From: an uncultured archaeon
Lineage (GTDB): Archaea > Altiarchaeota > Altiarchaeia > IMC4 > SCGC-AAA252-I15
Assembly (NCBI GenBank): GCA_902384455.1
Contig: CABMCB010000018.1
Location: 1 to 64,000 of the forward strand
Direction: 5' to 3'
DNA length: 64,000 nucleotides
The notes under the pieces were generated by a model. The model had not been told where the DNA came from and searched no databases. It saw only the letters and a program-made list of their open reading frames with translations. This document shows positions 1 through 11,436 of this stretch, piece after piece (position 1 is the first letter of the stretch; each line of letters opens with the position of its first letter). The translations under genes were made by a program, and so were the position numbers.

Positions 1-1
1 C

Positions 2-1276
2 CGCCATGAGGGAGGAAAGACAGGGACGCACGTAACTACAACATTGAATTTAGAGACGCTGTGGGATATCTACACTCCGCGTGTGTCAGAAGTCACAGAA
101 ATAATCCACGACCATCCGGGATTAGCGTGGGATTACACTCAAAAAGGTTGGACTGCTTGTGTCGTGTCAAACCAGGAGGCTACTTTAGGGATAGGCGATC
201 AAGGAGCAAGCTCGGCGGTGATAGAAGGCAAAGCCGCCTTGATTATGTCTTTGGGCGGCGTCAACTGCGTTCCACTGTCCACTGACACTTACGGAATGAA
301 TGACGCGGAAAAAACAGAGTTTCTAGCCCAGTTTGCCGCAAGGGGGTCAGTAGGCTTCGGAGTCGTAATGTTCGAAGACATCCCGGGGAGGCTCTCGCAG
401 CCGGTTGTTTCTAGGACTCGGCAGATATTGACTGAATTGGATAAGGTGAGGGACGGAGCCGCCGAGGTTCCTGTTTTCCACGACGACAGGGACGGAACCA
501 AAGGCATCGTGCTTACTGCCGCAATAAACTCCTGCAGGGCGACAGGCCGCGCGCTTAAGGACGCTAATGTGGCTATAATAGGCGCTGGAGCCGCCGCGGA
601 CGGCATACACGAGATTCTTGTGGCAGCTGGCGTGCCGAGAGAGCATATTATCGTGTGCGACAGCGATGGACCGCTTTACGCAGGCAGAGAGGGAATAAAA
701 GGAACATACAAGGAAGGCATGGCCATACCGACTAAAGCACGCACTGTCAAACAAGCCTGCGACGGCAGGGACGTTATTATAAGCGTAGCCAAAGTGGGCG
801 CGCTACTTCCGCAAGACTTGGAAGGAGCAGCCAAAGACTTCATTTACTTTGGGTTGGAGAATCCTTCACCAGCTGTTTTAGTTAAAGACGCTCGTAGGAT
901 GGGTGCGGCAGTGGTAGTAACTGGTTCCGGCGCCGACAAGACGCCGCAAGCCAACAACATGTACGTGTTCCCGGGAACCGTGAGAGGCTGCCTTGAGGTT
1001 CGCGCCAGAAACATCGAACCAAAGGATTACGTGAACGCAGCCTTTGATTTGGCCATGCTTGTTAATGACGAGGACATCAAGAGGGGGGTTATTCTACCTC
1101 CTCTTGGACCGGAATCCACTGCCACTATCGCTGCGGGAATAGCCACGTCTATTATGGAGAGGGACGCAGCTCGCCTTGATGTTGAGCCAATAGACATTCA
1201 AGAGAGAGTGCGTAAAGACTTGGAGAGGATTCAAGAGACGGCTGAACGTGAAGCTAGGAGATACAAGCCTTCATAG
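2..1276 (+). CDS. NAD(P)-dependent malic enzyme family protein, divergent, 5' partial
   Basis: Motifs YTP, LGIGD..EGKA, FEDI, VFHDD, GAGAA, NP and QANN match the malic enzyme family. The frame is open back to the window start (RHEGGKTG...), so the true start lies upstream of position 1. Confidence 0.8.
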   Translation, partial: RHEGGKTGTHVTTTLNLETLWDIYTPRVSEVTEIIHDHPGLAWDYTQKGWTACVVSNQEATLGIGDQGASSAVIEGKAALIMSLGGVNCVPLSTDTYGMNDAEKTEFLAQFAARGSVGFGVVMFEDIPGRLSQPVVSRTRQILTELDKVRDGAAEVPVFHDDRDGTKGIVLTAAINSCRATGRALKDANVAIIGAGAAADGIHEILVAAGVPREHIIVCDSDGPLYAGREGIKGTYKEGMAIPTKARTVKQACDGRDVIISVAKVGALLPQDLEGAAKDFIYFGLENPSPAVLVKDARRMGAAVVVTGSGADKTPQANNMYVFPGTVRGCLEVRARNIEPKDYVNAAFDLAMLVNDEDIKRGVILPPLGPESTATIAAGIATSIMERDAARLDVEPIDIQERVRKDLERIQETAEREARRYKPS

Positions 1277-1295
1277 ACGAACGCACTCTACAGCC

Positions 1296-1772
1296 TTAAT
1301 GCTCTAACCTAAGAAGCCTCTTCTTCCACATCATCCCAAGGTTATATCCCCCTAGCCCTTTCGCCGCGACGACCCTATGGCATGGCACTATTATCGGCGT
1401 GTGATTAGCCTTAAGCGCCTGCCCCACAGCACGAGGCCTTAAACCAGTTTTTTCTGCTATATGGCCGTACGTGCGGGTTTCTCCTGACGGTATTTTTCGG
1501 GTTTCCGCCCAGACTTTCTTTTGCTTCGGGGTGGCTGCGGAGGGGTCTAAGTGAAAGCTGGAGAAGTCTGTCTTTTTCCCGTTGAAATAGAGGGAAAGCA
1601 ATTTTGCCGCGGGCAGAGATTTAACGAAAACAGCGTCAGGCACGTCCGTTAGGATGGCCGCCTTAGCTTCCTGCTTAGTCTTCTTCGGCAGTATCACCTT
1701 AACTACGCCTTCTTCGCTTTCAGCGACCGCTCCCGTGCCCCACGGGGAATCGTAGTAGGCGGTCTTCTTCAC
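1296..1772 (-). CDS. ogt: Methylated-DNA--protein-cysteine methyltransferase
   Basis: [16 protein letters not shown] and the active-site PCHRV motif. Confidence 0.93.
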   Translation of the reverse strand: MKKTAYYDSPWGTGAVAESEEGVVKVILPKKTKQEAKAAILTDVPDAVFVKSLPAAKLLSLYFNGKKTDFSSFHLDPSAATPKQKKVWAETRKIPSGETRTYGHIAEKTGLRPRAVGQALKANHTPIIVPCHRVVAAKGLGGYNLGMMWKKRLLRLEH

Positions 1773-2761
1773 GTTTTGGCTTGAACGAAAAGCTTCCTCA
1801 GGCGTCCGCCGACTTTTTCTATGGGTTCATTTGGTCCGTCTGCGCGTGCTTTGTTGAGGATGGGTTTGCCTTTTTTGTTTTCGTTCATCCACTCTTTGGC
1901 GAACTTGCCGGTCTGTATTTCCTTTAGAATCTTGCTCATCTCCTTTTTAGTCTGCGGGGTGATGATGCGTTTTCCGCGGGTGCGTCCGCCGTATTCTGCT
2001 GTGTTGCTTACGCAAGTCCACATGTACTCTATGCCGCCTTTCTGGATTAAGTCGGTTATGAGTTTGACTTCGTGAAGGGTTTCGAAGTAGGCGATTTCAG
2101 GCTGATAGCCGGCTTCCACAAGGGTTGCGAAGCTGTTTTTGATTAGCTCAGTGAGTCCGCCGCACAAGTCTACTTGTTCGCCGAAGAGGTCTGTTTCAGT
2201 TTCCTCTTTGAACGTGGTTTCTATGACTCCTGCGCGCGTCGCGCCCAGCGCCTTGGCGAGGGCAAGTACTTTCGCCTTCGCCTTGCCGGTGTAGTCCTGG
2301 TGCACCGCGATTAACGCTGGAGTGCCGAATCCGTCCTCATAAGTCTTTCTGACGAGCACCCCAGGCCCCTTGGGCGCGACCATGACGACGTCCACGTTTT
2401 TTGGCGGCTTAATCCACCCGAAATGAATGTTGAATCCGTGGCTGAACATGAGGGTGCTGCCTTTCGTAAGGTTCTTCTTGATTGACTCGTCGTAGACGCT
2501 CTTCTGCAATTCGTCGGGAATGAGTATGTGGACTATCGACGCGTTCTTCACTGCGTCTGCGACCTCAAAAACCTTGAATCCGTCCGCCTTAGCGGTCTTC
2601 CAGCTTTTCCCGCCTTTGCGTAGGCCTATTATGACGTTTACTCCGCTGTCGCGGAAGTTTAGTGCTTGGCCGCGTCCTTGGTTTCCGTATCCTATGACTG
2701 CGAGCGTCTGCCCTTTTAGGGCGGTGAGGTCTGCGTCCTTGTTTCCGTAAACTTTAGCCAT
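1769..2761 (-). CDS. ilvC: Ketol-acid reductoisomerase
   Basis: [39 protein letters not shown]. Confidence 0.97.
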   Translation of the reverse strand: MAKVYGNKDADLTALKGQTLAVIGYGNQGRGQALNFRDSGVNVIIGLRKGGKSWKTAKADGFKVFEVADAVKNASIVHILIPDELQKSVYDESIKKNLTKGSTLMFSHGFNIHFGWIKPPKNVDVVMVAPKGPGVLVRKTYEDGFGTPALIAVHQDYTGKAKAKVLALAKALGATRAGVIETTFKEETETDLFGEQVDLCGGLTELIKNSFATLVEAGYQPEIAYFETLHEVKLITDLIQKGGIEYMWTCVSNTAEYGGRTRGKRIITPQTKKEMSKILKEIQTGKFAKEWMNENKKGKPILNKARADGPNEPIEKVGGRLRKLFVQAKT

Positions 2762-2795
2762 CCTATGAGAACCCCCTTTTTTAGAAAGGTATAAG

Positions 2796-3932
2796 CTATT
2801 TTGCTGAGTACTTAAAAGTCTGACCGCTTTTGCGCCGAGACAGAAGTTGTTTGTCGTAGAGCGCCTTAAGCTCGCGGGTGACGCGCTCAGGCTTCTCCTT
2901 TATTTTCCGGGCCACGTCCTTGGGGGAAAGCTCTGCGTTCACCCTAAGCACGCTCATTATTTCGCGCTGAATCGTGGTTAACGAGGCGACTGGTGCGGCT
3001 TCTACTTCTGCGAAGCCGTGCTCCTCCTTTAGGAAGTCTTTGCATTCGTCGCAGTAGTACTGGTTGTCTACGGTCCAGTTGAGCCACCGGATTTTTCCGC
3101 AGCAGAAGCATACGCTCTCCAAGGGGAAGGAGCTTGGAGTGAGCGCCGGTGACTGAGGCACCTCAATTGATACGCCGCTTTCAAGGGGCAATGCAGGCGC
3201 CTGACCTAATTCAGGCAAACCGGAATCCGGCATCATAGGCTGCGGACCCGGCGGAATGAAACTGAACATGTCTTGGGAGCCAGCCTGCATTCCGACGTCT
3301 TGCATTTGAGGCTCGCAATTGAACCGCCCCCCGTCAAGGGGCATAGAAGGAACCGAATTCAATATGTCGCCGCCTAACGCCGCGGAACTCTCTTCGATAA
3401 AGGGCATTTCCGCCGGCTTTTCGACTTTAGGCTGAACTACGGACTCATCTTCGCTGAAACGCGCCTGAAGAGTCTGAGTGAAATACCCCGCCTCAGCCGC
3501 ATCAGACGCGCCGTAAGGCACATCAATACGAATGGTGTCGTAAGGGTGTATGTCTATGTCGTAAGTCAGATAATACTCAAACACGCGGCTTTCACCAGCC
3601 AAAAGGCACGCTGCGTCAGTAAGCTCCCCCAAAAGGTCATAACCCCTCGTCACCCCATAATGCCTGCGGCCGGCAAGCATAGGTAGGTCTTCCTTGGTTT
3701 TATTGCGCAGCTCCACCGGGTCCAAAAAGCGCACAAGCCTTAAAGACGGCTTGACGAACTGGCTTTTTTTGCCGCGATTCACAACCTTAAGCTCAAGTTT
3801 GCCCGCGTCTTTGTCGTAAACTAAATTTTCGACCTTTATTGACGCCTTCCGCGCACGGCGTTTCTGGTATATGACGGCCGCCGTAGCAAGTGAGGCAGCG
3901 GCGCTAAACCATTTAAGGTCGTCAAAATTCAT
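2796..3932 (-). CDS. Hypothetical protein: N-terminal membrane anchor, Zn-ribbon and C-terminal winged HTH
   Basis: Hydrophobic N-terminus followed by basic residues; CFCCGK..YCDEC; C-terminal [25 protein letters not shown] is wHTH-like. Confidence 0.6.
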   Translation of the reverse strand: MNFDDLKWFSAAASLATAAVIYQKRRARKASIKVENLVYDKDAGKLELKVVNRGKKSQFVKPSLRLVRFLDPVELRNKTKEDLPMLAGRRHYGVTRGYDLLGELTDAACLLAGESRVFEYYLTYDIDIHPYDTIRIDVPYGASDAAEAGYFTQTLQARFSEDESVVQPKVEKPAEMPFIEESSAALGGDILNSVPSMPLDGGRFNCEPQMQDVGMQAGSQDMFSFIPPGPQPMMPDSGLPELGQAPALPLESGVSIEVPQSPALTPSSFPLESVCFCCGKIRWLNWTVDNQYYCDECKDFLKEEHGFAEVEAAPVASLTTIQREIMSVLRVNAELSPKDVARKIKEKPERVTRELKALYDKQLLSRRKSGQTFKYSAK

Positions 3933-4033
3933 TCTGGGGATTCACACGGGGGTGGTGGGTAAAGAAAGAATAGAGAGGGGGAGTATAAAAATTATTTAAG
4001 GATTACGGCGGGCGAAGCCTTCTTATGCGCGCG

Positions 4034-5113
4034 TTATAGTTTGGGCAGGGAGAATGCGGCGGAGAATTCCTTGAGGTTTATGTGTTTTCGCAGGTGGTTT
4101 TTGAAGTACGCGAGCTTTTCTTTGTCTGTTATGCTAAGGCGGGTCAAAAGGTGTTCCGTGATTTGCACTGTCTCGAAGGTGTTTTGAGGCACGAGTATCG
4201 TGGGGATGCAGCATTGCTGGGCTCTGGCCAGAACCTGCGATGTGGGCGGAACGTTTCCTGTAAGTATTAGGCATTGAGTGGGCGTCTCCATCGCGGTCAT
4301 AAGCAAGTCGCTTCTGTCTGCGCCGGTTATTACCGCTTTGTTGACTGTCCTGCGGAAGTACTTCATAGCATAAGCGGGAGACATAGCTCCCACCACGAAT
4401 GAGCCGACCGTCCGGTCAAGACAGTTTTGGCCGGTGAGCACTTGGCCTCCAAGCCGCTCCAGTATGGCGGAAACTGACACCAGCCTCAATTTGGGGTCCT
4501 GCGGCAAAACGCCCAGGACGCTTATTTTCTTGGATTTCAAAAAGGGCACGATGGTGCCTTTGACGTGAGCCATCTGGTTCTTGGGCACGTCGTTTATTAT
4601 TACGCCCGCAAGAAGGTTCTTTCCGAACGACTGTATGAGCTTCTGCGCAGAAAGTATCCTATCAACCACATAGTCGTTGTCGTAGCGGGAAACCAAGAGA
4701 ATGCGGGCCTTAAACTGCAGTGCGATTTCGGCTTCCGAGAGTCCTGCCATTAGGCCGCCTCCTGTGGTTCCTGCGCCTTCTATTAGTACGACGTCTTTTC
4801 CTTTGGATATGCGGGAGTATGCTTCAGTCAACGCTTTTTTGGGGTTCTTTTTTCCCGTAAGTACTCCTTGGATTAGGTCGGGTGTCAGGCGTATTGGGGA
4901 TATGTCTGATGTGTCGGCGGTGAGTTTTAGGAGTTTTTTGACTTGGGATGCGTCTTGGTCGACTAGTTTGCCGTTTTCTTCTATCAGCCGGTTGCCCAGT
5001 GGCTTCATGTATCCTACGGAGAGTTTTCGTTCGGTCAGAAGGTGGCTTAGGCCCAGCGAGAATGCGGTTTTCCCCGAGTATTCCTCCGTGGAGGCGATAA
5101 CTATTGGCTTCAT
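4034..5113 (-). CDS. Phosphotransacetylase N-terminal-like (BioD-like P-loop plus DRTGG) protein
   Basis: SGKT P-loop, GYMKPLG, VLIEGAG, VITGADRSD, CLILTG; no catalytic PTA C-terminal domain. Confidence 0.85.
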   Translation of the reverse strand: MKPIVIASTEEYSGKTAFSLGLSHLLTERKLSVGYMKPLGNRLIEENGKLVDQDASQVKKLLKLTADTSDISPIRLTPDLIQGVLTGKKNPKKALTEAYSRISKGKDVVLIEGAGTTGGGLMAGLSEAEIALQFKARILLVSRYDNDYVVDRILSAQKLIQSFGKNLLAGVIINDVPKNQMAHVKGTIVPFLKSKKISVLGVLPQDPKLRLVSVSAILERLGGQVLTGQNCLDRTVGSFVVGAMSPAYAMKYFRRTVNKAVITGADRSDLLMTAMETPTQCLILTGNVPPTSQVLARAQQCCIPTILVPQNTFETVQITEHLLTRLSITDKEKLAYFKNHLRKHINLKEFSAAFSLPKL

Positions 5114-5314
5114 GGGGCGTAACCTATTAGTGGGGGCGTATAAATAACAGGCGTAGTTAGCGGCTTTTTAGGGGTGTTGTGGGGCTTTTTCTTGGGGGGA
5201 GTGTGGTGCATGCGGAAATATCGGCAAACGCCGAATTTTTTGGGATATTTTTAAGTCAATGACCTTATCATTAAAATCTCGAATCATACACAGGCAACGT
5301 GTGGTTGATGTAAA

Positions 5315-7279
5315 ATGACAGACAAAACAATTCATTCTATGATGGATGAGAAGCGAAGGTTCGCTCCTGCAGAATACAAGCTGACTCCGGCTCACGTCAA
5401 GAACAAGGAAGAGTACGACAGGATGTACGAGGAGTCCATTAAGAACCCGGAGTCATTCTGGACTAAGCAGGCGGAGGAAATCGCCTGGTTTTCTAAGTTC
5501 AAGAAGGTCCGCACTTGGGACCACAGCAAGATTAAGTCCACCTGGTTTGAGGGAGGAAAGCTTAACGTTTCATACAACTGCCTTGACCGCCATTTGAACG
5601 GCCCCCGGAAGAATAAGGCGGCGATAATCTGGGAGGGGGAGCTTCCCGGCCACAACAGGACGCTTACTTACCAGGAGTTGCACAGGGAAGTGTGCCGTTT
5701 CGCAAACGTCTTGAAGAAGAAGGGCGTCAAAAAAGGCGACCGCGTCTGCATTTACCTGCCCATGATTCCCGAGCTGCCGATTGCCATGCTTGCGTGCGCA
5801 AGAATCGGAGCCATCCACAGCATAGTGTTCGGAGGGTTTTCAGCCGAAGCTTTGCGCGACAGGATTCAGGATTCCACCGCATCTATGGTCATAACCTCCG
5901 ACGGAAGCTATCGCCGAGGAAAAGTCATCCCGCTTAAGGACAACGCAGACAAGGCCATCGTAGACTGCCCGACAGTCAAAAGCATGATCGTCGTCCAGCG
6001 AGCCAACGCCCCAACGTCGATGAAGGAAGGCCGCGACAGCTGGTTCCACGATGAGATGAACGCGGACGACATAAAGAATTACTGCGAGCCGGAGCACATG
6101 GACGCCGAGGACCCGCTGTTCATCCTCTACACGAGCGGGACGACGGGGAAACCCAAAGGCGTGTTGCATACGACAGCAGGCTACCTCCTTTATGTCACTT
6201 TGACGACCAAATACATTTTCGACGTCCGCGAAGAAGACACGTTCTGGTGCACCGCAGACATAGGCTGGGTCACAGGACACAGCTACATCGTGTACGGCCC
6301 GCTGTCTAACGGAGTTTCTTCGCTCATGTTTGAGGGCGTGCCAAACTTCCCCAAGCCCGACCGCTTCTGGGAGGTCGTCGAGAAATACAAGGTAAACGTA
6401 TTTTACACTGCGCCAACCGCGATACGCGCCATGGCCAAAGACGGCGACCAGTGGCCAAACGGCCGCGACCTGTCTAGCATACGTCTTTTGGGCAGTGTTG
6501 GTGAGCCGATTAATCCTGAGGCATGGATTTGGTATCATAAGGTCATCGGGAAGGAGAAGTGTCCGATTGTGGATACTTACTGGCAGACTGAGACCGGCGG
6601 AATCATAATTACTCCCATTCCTGGCGTCCACACGCTTAAGCCCAGCAGCGCCAACAGGCCGTTCTTCGGAGTTCAGCCGATTGTGGTGAAGGAGAATGGA
6701 CAGCCCGCCGACGTAAACGAGGGCGGATATTTGTGCATCAAGGAGCCTTGGCCGGGTATGATGAGGACGGTTTACGGGGACCACCAGCGTTTCGTAGACA
6801 CTTACTGGACTACGTTCAAGCCGTATTATTTCACGGGCGACGGAGCCCGCATGGACGAAGACGGCGACTTCTGGCTTATGGGCCGAGTCGACGACGTCAT
6901 AAACATCGCAGGCCACCGCCTGGGCACAGCCGAAGTCGAGTCGGCGCTGGTTACGCACCCTAAGGTCGCTGAGGCCGCAGTCGTTCCTATGCCCGACGAC
7001 ATAAAGGGGCAGGGATTGTACGCTTACGTCATCCTTAAGGAAGGCAACAAGCCGTCCGACGAACTCAAGAAGGAGCTGGAGAACGTGGTGCGGAAAGTCA
7101 TCGGTCCCATCGCTAAGCCGGATAAAATCCAGTTCGCTGACGCTTTGCCGAAGACGCGAAGCGGGAAGATTATGCGCCGCATACTGAGGAAGATTGCGGA
7201 GGGCGCAAACGAAGTGGGCGACACGACGACTTTAGCCGACCCGCACGTGGTTGAAGTCCTGCTTAAAGGAAGGCAGTAA
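5315..7279 (+). CDS. acs: AMP-forming acetyl-CoA synthetase
   Basis: [47 protein letters not shown]. Confidence 0.97.
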   Translation: MTDKTIHSMMDEKRRFAPAEYKLTPAHVKNKEEYDRMYEESIKNPESFWTKQAEEIAWFSKFKKVRTWDHSKIKSTWFEGGKLNVSYNCLDRHLNGPRKNKAAIIWEGELPGHNRTLTYQELHREVCRFANVLKKKGVKKGDRVCIYLPMIPELPIAMLACARIGAIHSIVFGGFSAEALRDRIQDSTASMVITSDGSYRRGKVIPLKDNADKAIVDCPTVKSMIVVQRANAPTSMKEGRDSWFHDEMNADDIKNYCEPEHMDAEDPLFILYTSGTTGKPKGVLHTTAGYLLYVTLTTKYIFDVREEDTFWCTADIGWVTGHSYIVYGPLSNGVSSLMFEGVPNFPKPDRFWEVVEKYKVNVFYTAPTAIRAMAKDGDQWPNGRDLSSIRLLGSVGEPINPEAWIWYHKVIGKEKCPIVDTYWQTETGGIIITPIPGVHTLKPSSANRPFFGVQPIVVKENGQPADVNEGGYLCIKEPWPGMMRTVYGDHQRFVDTYWTTFKPYYFTGDGARMDEDGDFWLMGRVDDVINIAGHRLGTAEVESALVTHPKVAEAAVVPMPDDIKGQGLYAYVILKEGNKPSDELKKELENVVRKVIGPIAKPDKIQFADALPKTRSGKIMRRILRKIAEGANEVGDTTTLADPHVVEVLLKGRQ

Positions 7280-7282
7280 GGG

Positions 7283-8485
7283 TTGGCGAGAATGAACCGT
7301 TGGAGCGTCGTATTAGGGGCAGTTCTGATTCAGCTTTGCTTGGGAGCAATATACGCCTGGAGCATATTCGTAGAGCCGCTGAAAAAGACTTTCGGATACA
7401 GCCAGACTGAAACGCAGATAATATTCTCCGTAGCATTAGCGTCTTTCGCCTTGATGATGATTCTTGCGGGCCGCTGGCAGGACTGCCACGGACCAAAGAA
7501 GATTGCGACTTTGGGCGGAATAGTGCTTGGCGTAGGATACCTTCTTGCCGGGCAAACAGGCGGAAGCTTCATTGAAATAGCCGCGACAGTAGGACTTGTT
7601 GGCGGCGCAGGAATAGGGCTTGCTTACGTGTGCCCTATCGCCGCGTGCGTCAAGTGGTTTCCGGATAAGAGAGGGATGGTTTCTGGTTTGGCTGTTGCGG
7701 GTTTTGGCGCGGGCGCACTTGTGTTCGCAAAGTACGGCGCAATGTGGATTACGTCCGCGGGAGTGCTATCAACGTTCACTTACTTCGGCGTAATATTCCT
7801 TCTTGCCGTCGTCTTTGGCGCCCAGCTTCTTAGGAACCCGCCTGAAGGATACAAACCAGAAGGCTGGAATCCGCCGGCTACGGCAGCCAAGGCGAACGGA
7901 ATAAACTTAGGGGGAAAGGAGATAATCCACACCCGCCAATTCTGGACTCTGTGGCTGATGTTCATGTTCGCAGCTACCGCCGGCCTCATGGTGATAGGAA
8001 ACCTAAAGCCGTTTGGAGTATACTCTGGGTTGGACGCCGCAACAGCAACCACAGCAGTGGGAGTGCTCGCGCTCGCAAACGGCGCAGGACGAATACTTTG
8101 GGGCACCGGCTCAGATAAACTCGGCAGAAAAAACTCGCTGGCAATAATGATGCTCCTTCAGGGAGTGATGATGCTTGCGCTCATGAAAATGGGAGCAACA
8201 CCGCTGCTTTTGACGATAGCCGTAATCTGGGTGGGCTTCAACTTCGGAGGAAACTTCGCCCTATTCCCCTCAGCAACAGCAGACTACTTCGGAACCAAAA
8301 ACGTAGGAATAAACTACGGCCTCATCTTCACAAGCTACGGAGTAGCAGGAATAGTAGGCCCAATACTCGCAGGAAGCGTCTTCGACAAGACAGGAAGCTA
8401 CCTATGGGCATTCATACCAGCAGGAACAGCATGCTTGATTGCGGCCGGATTAGCTTTGACGTTAAAGGCACCGACAAAGAAATAA
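7283..8485 (+). CDS. OFA-family (oxalate/formate antiporter-like) MFS transporter
   Basis: About 12 hydrophobic segments; GAIYAWSIF, KWFPDKRG..SGLAVAGFGAG, DYFGTKN.GINYG. Alternative ATG at 7292. Confidence 0.88.
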   Translation: MARMNRWSVVLGAVLIQLCLGAIYAWSIFVEPLKKTFGYSQTETQIIFSVALASFALMMILAGRWQDCHGPKKIATLGGIVLGVGYLLAGQTGGSFIEIAATVGLVGGAGIGLAYVCPIAACVKWFPDKRGMVSGLAVAGFGAGALVFAKYGAMWITSAGVLSTFTYFGVIFLLAVVFGAQLLRNPPEGYKPEGWNPPATAAKANGINLGGKEIIHTRQFWTLWLMFMFAATAGLMVIGNLKPFGVYSGLDAATATTAVGVLALANGAGRILWGTGSDKLGRKNSLAIMMLLQGVMMLALMKMGATPLLLTIAVIWVGFNFGGNFALFPSATADYFGTKNVGINYGLIFTSYGVAGIVGPILAGSVFDKTGSYLWAFIPAGTACLIAAGLALTLKAPTKK

Positions 8486-8497
8486 GGGAGGATAAGT

Positions 8498-9013
8498 CTA
8501 AGAGAATTTCTCCAAGATGTAGAGGGTCTCGTTTTTTACTATGAGTCCATCTGCGAGATGATCAAACAGATTCCGATCGCCGAGTTCGGGGTATTTCTTT
8601 CTTATCGAGTTAAATTTTAGGATATTCTCGTCGCCCAAACTATTTCTTGGTGAATATGGGATAAAGTAGTAGCTTTCTTTTTTCCATATTCTTTTTCCGA
8701 ACAGAACGTAGTACGATTCAACAACCTCCTCAGGTTTCTTTAACTGTATCCGCGAACTGTTGACCCCAATCTCTTTGAACACCGGCACATACGTCGAATT
8801 GATGTATCTTTCCACAACCACGGCGGCATCTTCAGGCCCCCGAACTTCGTCCGGGAATTTGGTTAAGGGAAAATAATGGTCTTGTTTCATGCACACATAG
8901 CCCACGGGGCACGGGCTAAAATCTAGTTTATCTTTTGTGTCAACGGTTTCGATTGAAAAATAAACGGCCAGTATGCAAAGCAGGAGGGTTTGAGCGATAA
9001 CCAACCTTTTCAT
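8498..9013 (-). CDS. Hypothetical secreted or membrane-anchored protein, AT-rich
   Basis: 171-aa ORF with a signal-like N-terminus that fills the gap between genes; lower GC than its neighbours. Confidence 0.6.
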   Translation of the reverse strand: MKRLVIAQTLLLCILAVYFSIETVDTKDKLDFSPCPVGYVCMKQDHYFPLTKFPDEVRGPEDAAVVVERYINSTYVPVFKEIGVNSSRIQLKKPEEVVESYYVLFGKRIWKKESYYFIPYSPRNSLGDENILKFNSIRKKYPELGDRNLFDHLADGLIVKNETLYILEKFS

Positions 9014-9020
9014 TACAGCA

Positions 9021-9314
9021 TTATCGTCTTGTTTGTCCGCCGCCCATGTGGCGGTAGTCTCCTGCGAAAGGTAGGCGGCCTCCTCCGCTTGAGTCTATTT
9101 TGCGTGTGCGCTCTAGGTCTTGGAGGATTCTTTTTATGTCTTCCTTCTTTTTCGCTGCGGGCTTCAGTTTGAGGTCTTGGTATTTTCCGTAGAGGTCTTG
9201 GAATTCGGCGTCTGCGGTGTATCGTTCGGCATATTTCCTTATTTTTTCGTCGAATGCTGCTGCGTCGTCGAATGCGTCAAGCAGTTCCTTGGCTATGTAG
9301 TGGGAAGCGAGCAT
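9021..9314 (-). CDS. Hypothetical protein downstream of atpD
   Basis: Starts 4 nt after the atpD stop on the same strand; helical and charged. Confidence 0.6.
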   Translation of the reverse strand: MLASHYIAKELLDAFDDAAAFDEKIRKYAERYTADAEFQDLYGKYQDLKLKPAAKKKEDIKRILQDLERTRKIDSSGGGRLPFAGDYRHMGGGQTRR

Positions 9315-9318
9315 TGTG

Positions 9319-9954
9319 TTAAGTTCTTTGTTTTGTCTTTTTAACCATCTTAAGCCGGAAGAAGTTTTCGCGCTCCATCTCCTCCAGGCGCATCCGGATG
9401 TATTTTTGGGTCGCCTTAAGGCGCGGAAGCACTATGTACTCCAGTGCGTTCACGCGGCGCTTAGTCTTCTTTATTTCAGCGGAAAGCCGCCTTAAAGTTT
9501 CCTCGCGCTCGGCAAGAACAACGGACTTGCGCAAAGCCTCGTTGAATTCCTTGTGGGCGGCATCGATGTGGCTTTCGGTCACTGCGAGGCTGTAAGAGGG
9601 GCGGTTGGGGTTTCTGCCGAATTCCACGTCTATTTTGGGCACTCGCACTCCCATGATGTTTCCGTAGCTGATTATTGGCTTGGGCATGGGGGGCGCGGCG
9701 TCCGCGGCGTCTTCAACGGTCGCTATTCCAGATAGAGCTTCTGCGGCTGCGAGGTCCCTCAATCCTTTTTCAAGAGTATCTGAAACTTCGCCTCTTATTC
9801 CGCGCGCCGCTTCCGCGCTCTCAAAGAACTCCAATACGAGTGCGTCGCGCTTTTCCTTAAGCAGCTTGTGGCCTTTCTCGGCTATTTTGATGCGCTTCTT
9901 CATTGAGAGGAGTTCCATCCTTGTGGGGTGGACTCCTTCGACTATGTCGGCCAT
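9319..9954 (-). CDS. atpD: A/V-type ATP synthase subunit D
   Basis: PTRMELL, GHKLLKEKRDAL, KTKRRVNALEY, EEMERENFFRLK. Confidence 0.96.
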   Translation of the reverse strand: MADIVEGVHPTRMELLSMKKRIKIAEKGHKLLKEKRDALVLEFFESAEAARGIRGEVSDTLEKGLRDLAAAEALSGIATVEDAADAAPPMPKPIISYGNIMGVRVPKIDVEFGRNPNRPSYSLAVTESHIDAAHKEFNEALRKSVVLAEREETLRRLSAEIKKTKRRVNALEYIVLPRLKATQKYIRMRLEEMERENFFRLKMVKKTKQRT

Positions 9955-11436
9955 CTATTTTTTCTTTGAGGCCGCCTTTGTTTTTGCGGCGGCTTTTTCT
10001 TTTGTTTTCTGCGCATTCTTTTGCGGCTCTTGCGGGAGTTTTGTTTCTTCAGTTTTTTTCCTGTAGGCGGGATGGTATTTGTCTATGAATTCCTTCCTTA
10101 TCCGCTTCAGGTCCCGTTCGGAAAGTATTGACAGGAGTTCCCAGCCGAGGTCGAGAGTCTCCTTGATGCTTCGGTCTTCCTCGCGCTCCTGATTTATGAA
10201 CTCGTCCTCGAAGCGTTCGGCGAACTCAAGAAACTTCTTGTCCCTCTCAGACAAAGCCTCCTCCCCGACGACAGCAACAAGGTCCCTTAGGTCGCGGCCT
10301 TCCGCGTATGCGGCGTACATTTGGTTGCTTACTTCTTTGTGGTCTTCTCTTGTTCGGTCTTTTCCTATTCCTTGGTTCATGAGTCGCGAGAGGCAGGGTA
10401 GTACGTCGATTGGGGGGTAGATTCCTTTTCGGTGCAGGTTTCTTCCGAGGACTATTTGGCCTTCCGTGATGTATCCTGTTAGGTCTGGTATTGGGTGCGT
10501 TATGTCGTCGTCCGGCATCGTTAGGATGGGGATTTGGGTTATTGTGCCGGGTTTTCCTTTGATTCGGCCTGCTCTTTCGAATGTCATTGATAGGTCTGTG
10601 TAGAGGTATCCGGGGTATCCTCTTCTGCCGGGTACTTCTTCGCGGGCGCTTGATATTTCACGCAGTGCCTCGCAGTAGTTTGTCATGTCTGTGAGTATGA
10701 CGAGTATGTTCATTCCGCATTCGAACGCCAGGTATTCTGCGACTGTTAAGGCTATTCTGGGCGTGATTATGCGTTCTATTGTGGGGTCGTCTGCGAGGTT
10801 TAGGAACATTACTATTCGTTCGAGTGCGCCTGTTCTTTCGAAGTCGCGCTGGAAGAACTGCGCCTCCTCCGCGGTGATTCCCATTGCGGCGAACACTACG
10901 GCGAACTCTCCGCCTTCAGTTAGCACCTTCGCCTGACGCGCAATCTGCGCCGCCAACTCGTTGTGCGTAAGCCCTGCACCGGAGAAAAGCGGGAGTTTTT
11001 GGCCGCGAACCAGCGTGTTCATTGCGTCTATCGCCGATATTCCGGTCTGGATGAATTCGCGGGGGAACTGTCTTGCGGTGTGGTTCATGGGGTACCCGTT
11101 TATGTCGAGGCGGACTTCAGGTATCACTTCTGGTTTGCCGTCGCGGGGGCGCCCTGCGCCCGAGAATATTCGGCCGAGCATCGTCTTTGACACCGGCACC
11201 TTGAATGTTTCACCTAGGAAGCGCGCCTTGGTGACTTGCGTGTCCAAGCCGTCGGTTCCCTCAAAGACTTGTACGACGGCCTTGTTTGTTGAGGCCTCAA
11301 GGACTTGGCCTGTGCGGCGTTCGCCTGTGGAGAGTTCTATTTCCACGACTTCGCCGTAGGCTACGCCGCTTACGTTTTCCACTATCATGAGGGGGCCGGA
11401 CACTTCTCCTACCGAGCGGTATTCTTTGACTGCCAT
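9955..11436 (-). CDS. atpB: A/V-type ATP synthase subunit B
   Basis: [46 protein letters not shown]. Confidence 0.97.
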   Translation of the reverse strand: MAVKEYRSVGEVSGPLMIVENVSGVAYGEVVEIELSTGERRTGQVLEASTNKAVVQVFEGTDGLDTQVTKARFLGETFKVPVSKTMLGRIFSGAGRPRDGKPEVIPEVRLDINGYPMNHTARQFPREFIQTGISAIDAMNTLVRGQKLPLFSGAGLTHNELAAQIARQAKVLTEGGEFAVVFAAMGITAEEAQFFQRDFERTGALERIVMFLNLADDPTIERIITPRIALTVAEYLAFECGMNILVILTDMTNYCEALREISSAREEVPGRRGYPGYLYTDLSMTFERAGRIKGKPGTITQIPILTMPDDDITHPIPDLTGYITEGQIVLGRNLHRKGIYPPIDVLPCLSRLMNQGIGKDRTREDHKEVSNQMYAAYAEGRDLRDLVAVVGEEALSERDKKFLEFAERFEDEFINQEREEDRSIKETLDLGWELLSILSERDLKRIRKEFIDKYHPAYRKKTEETKLPQEPQKNAQKTKEKAAAKTKAASKKK

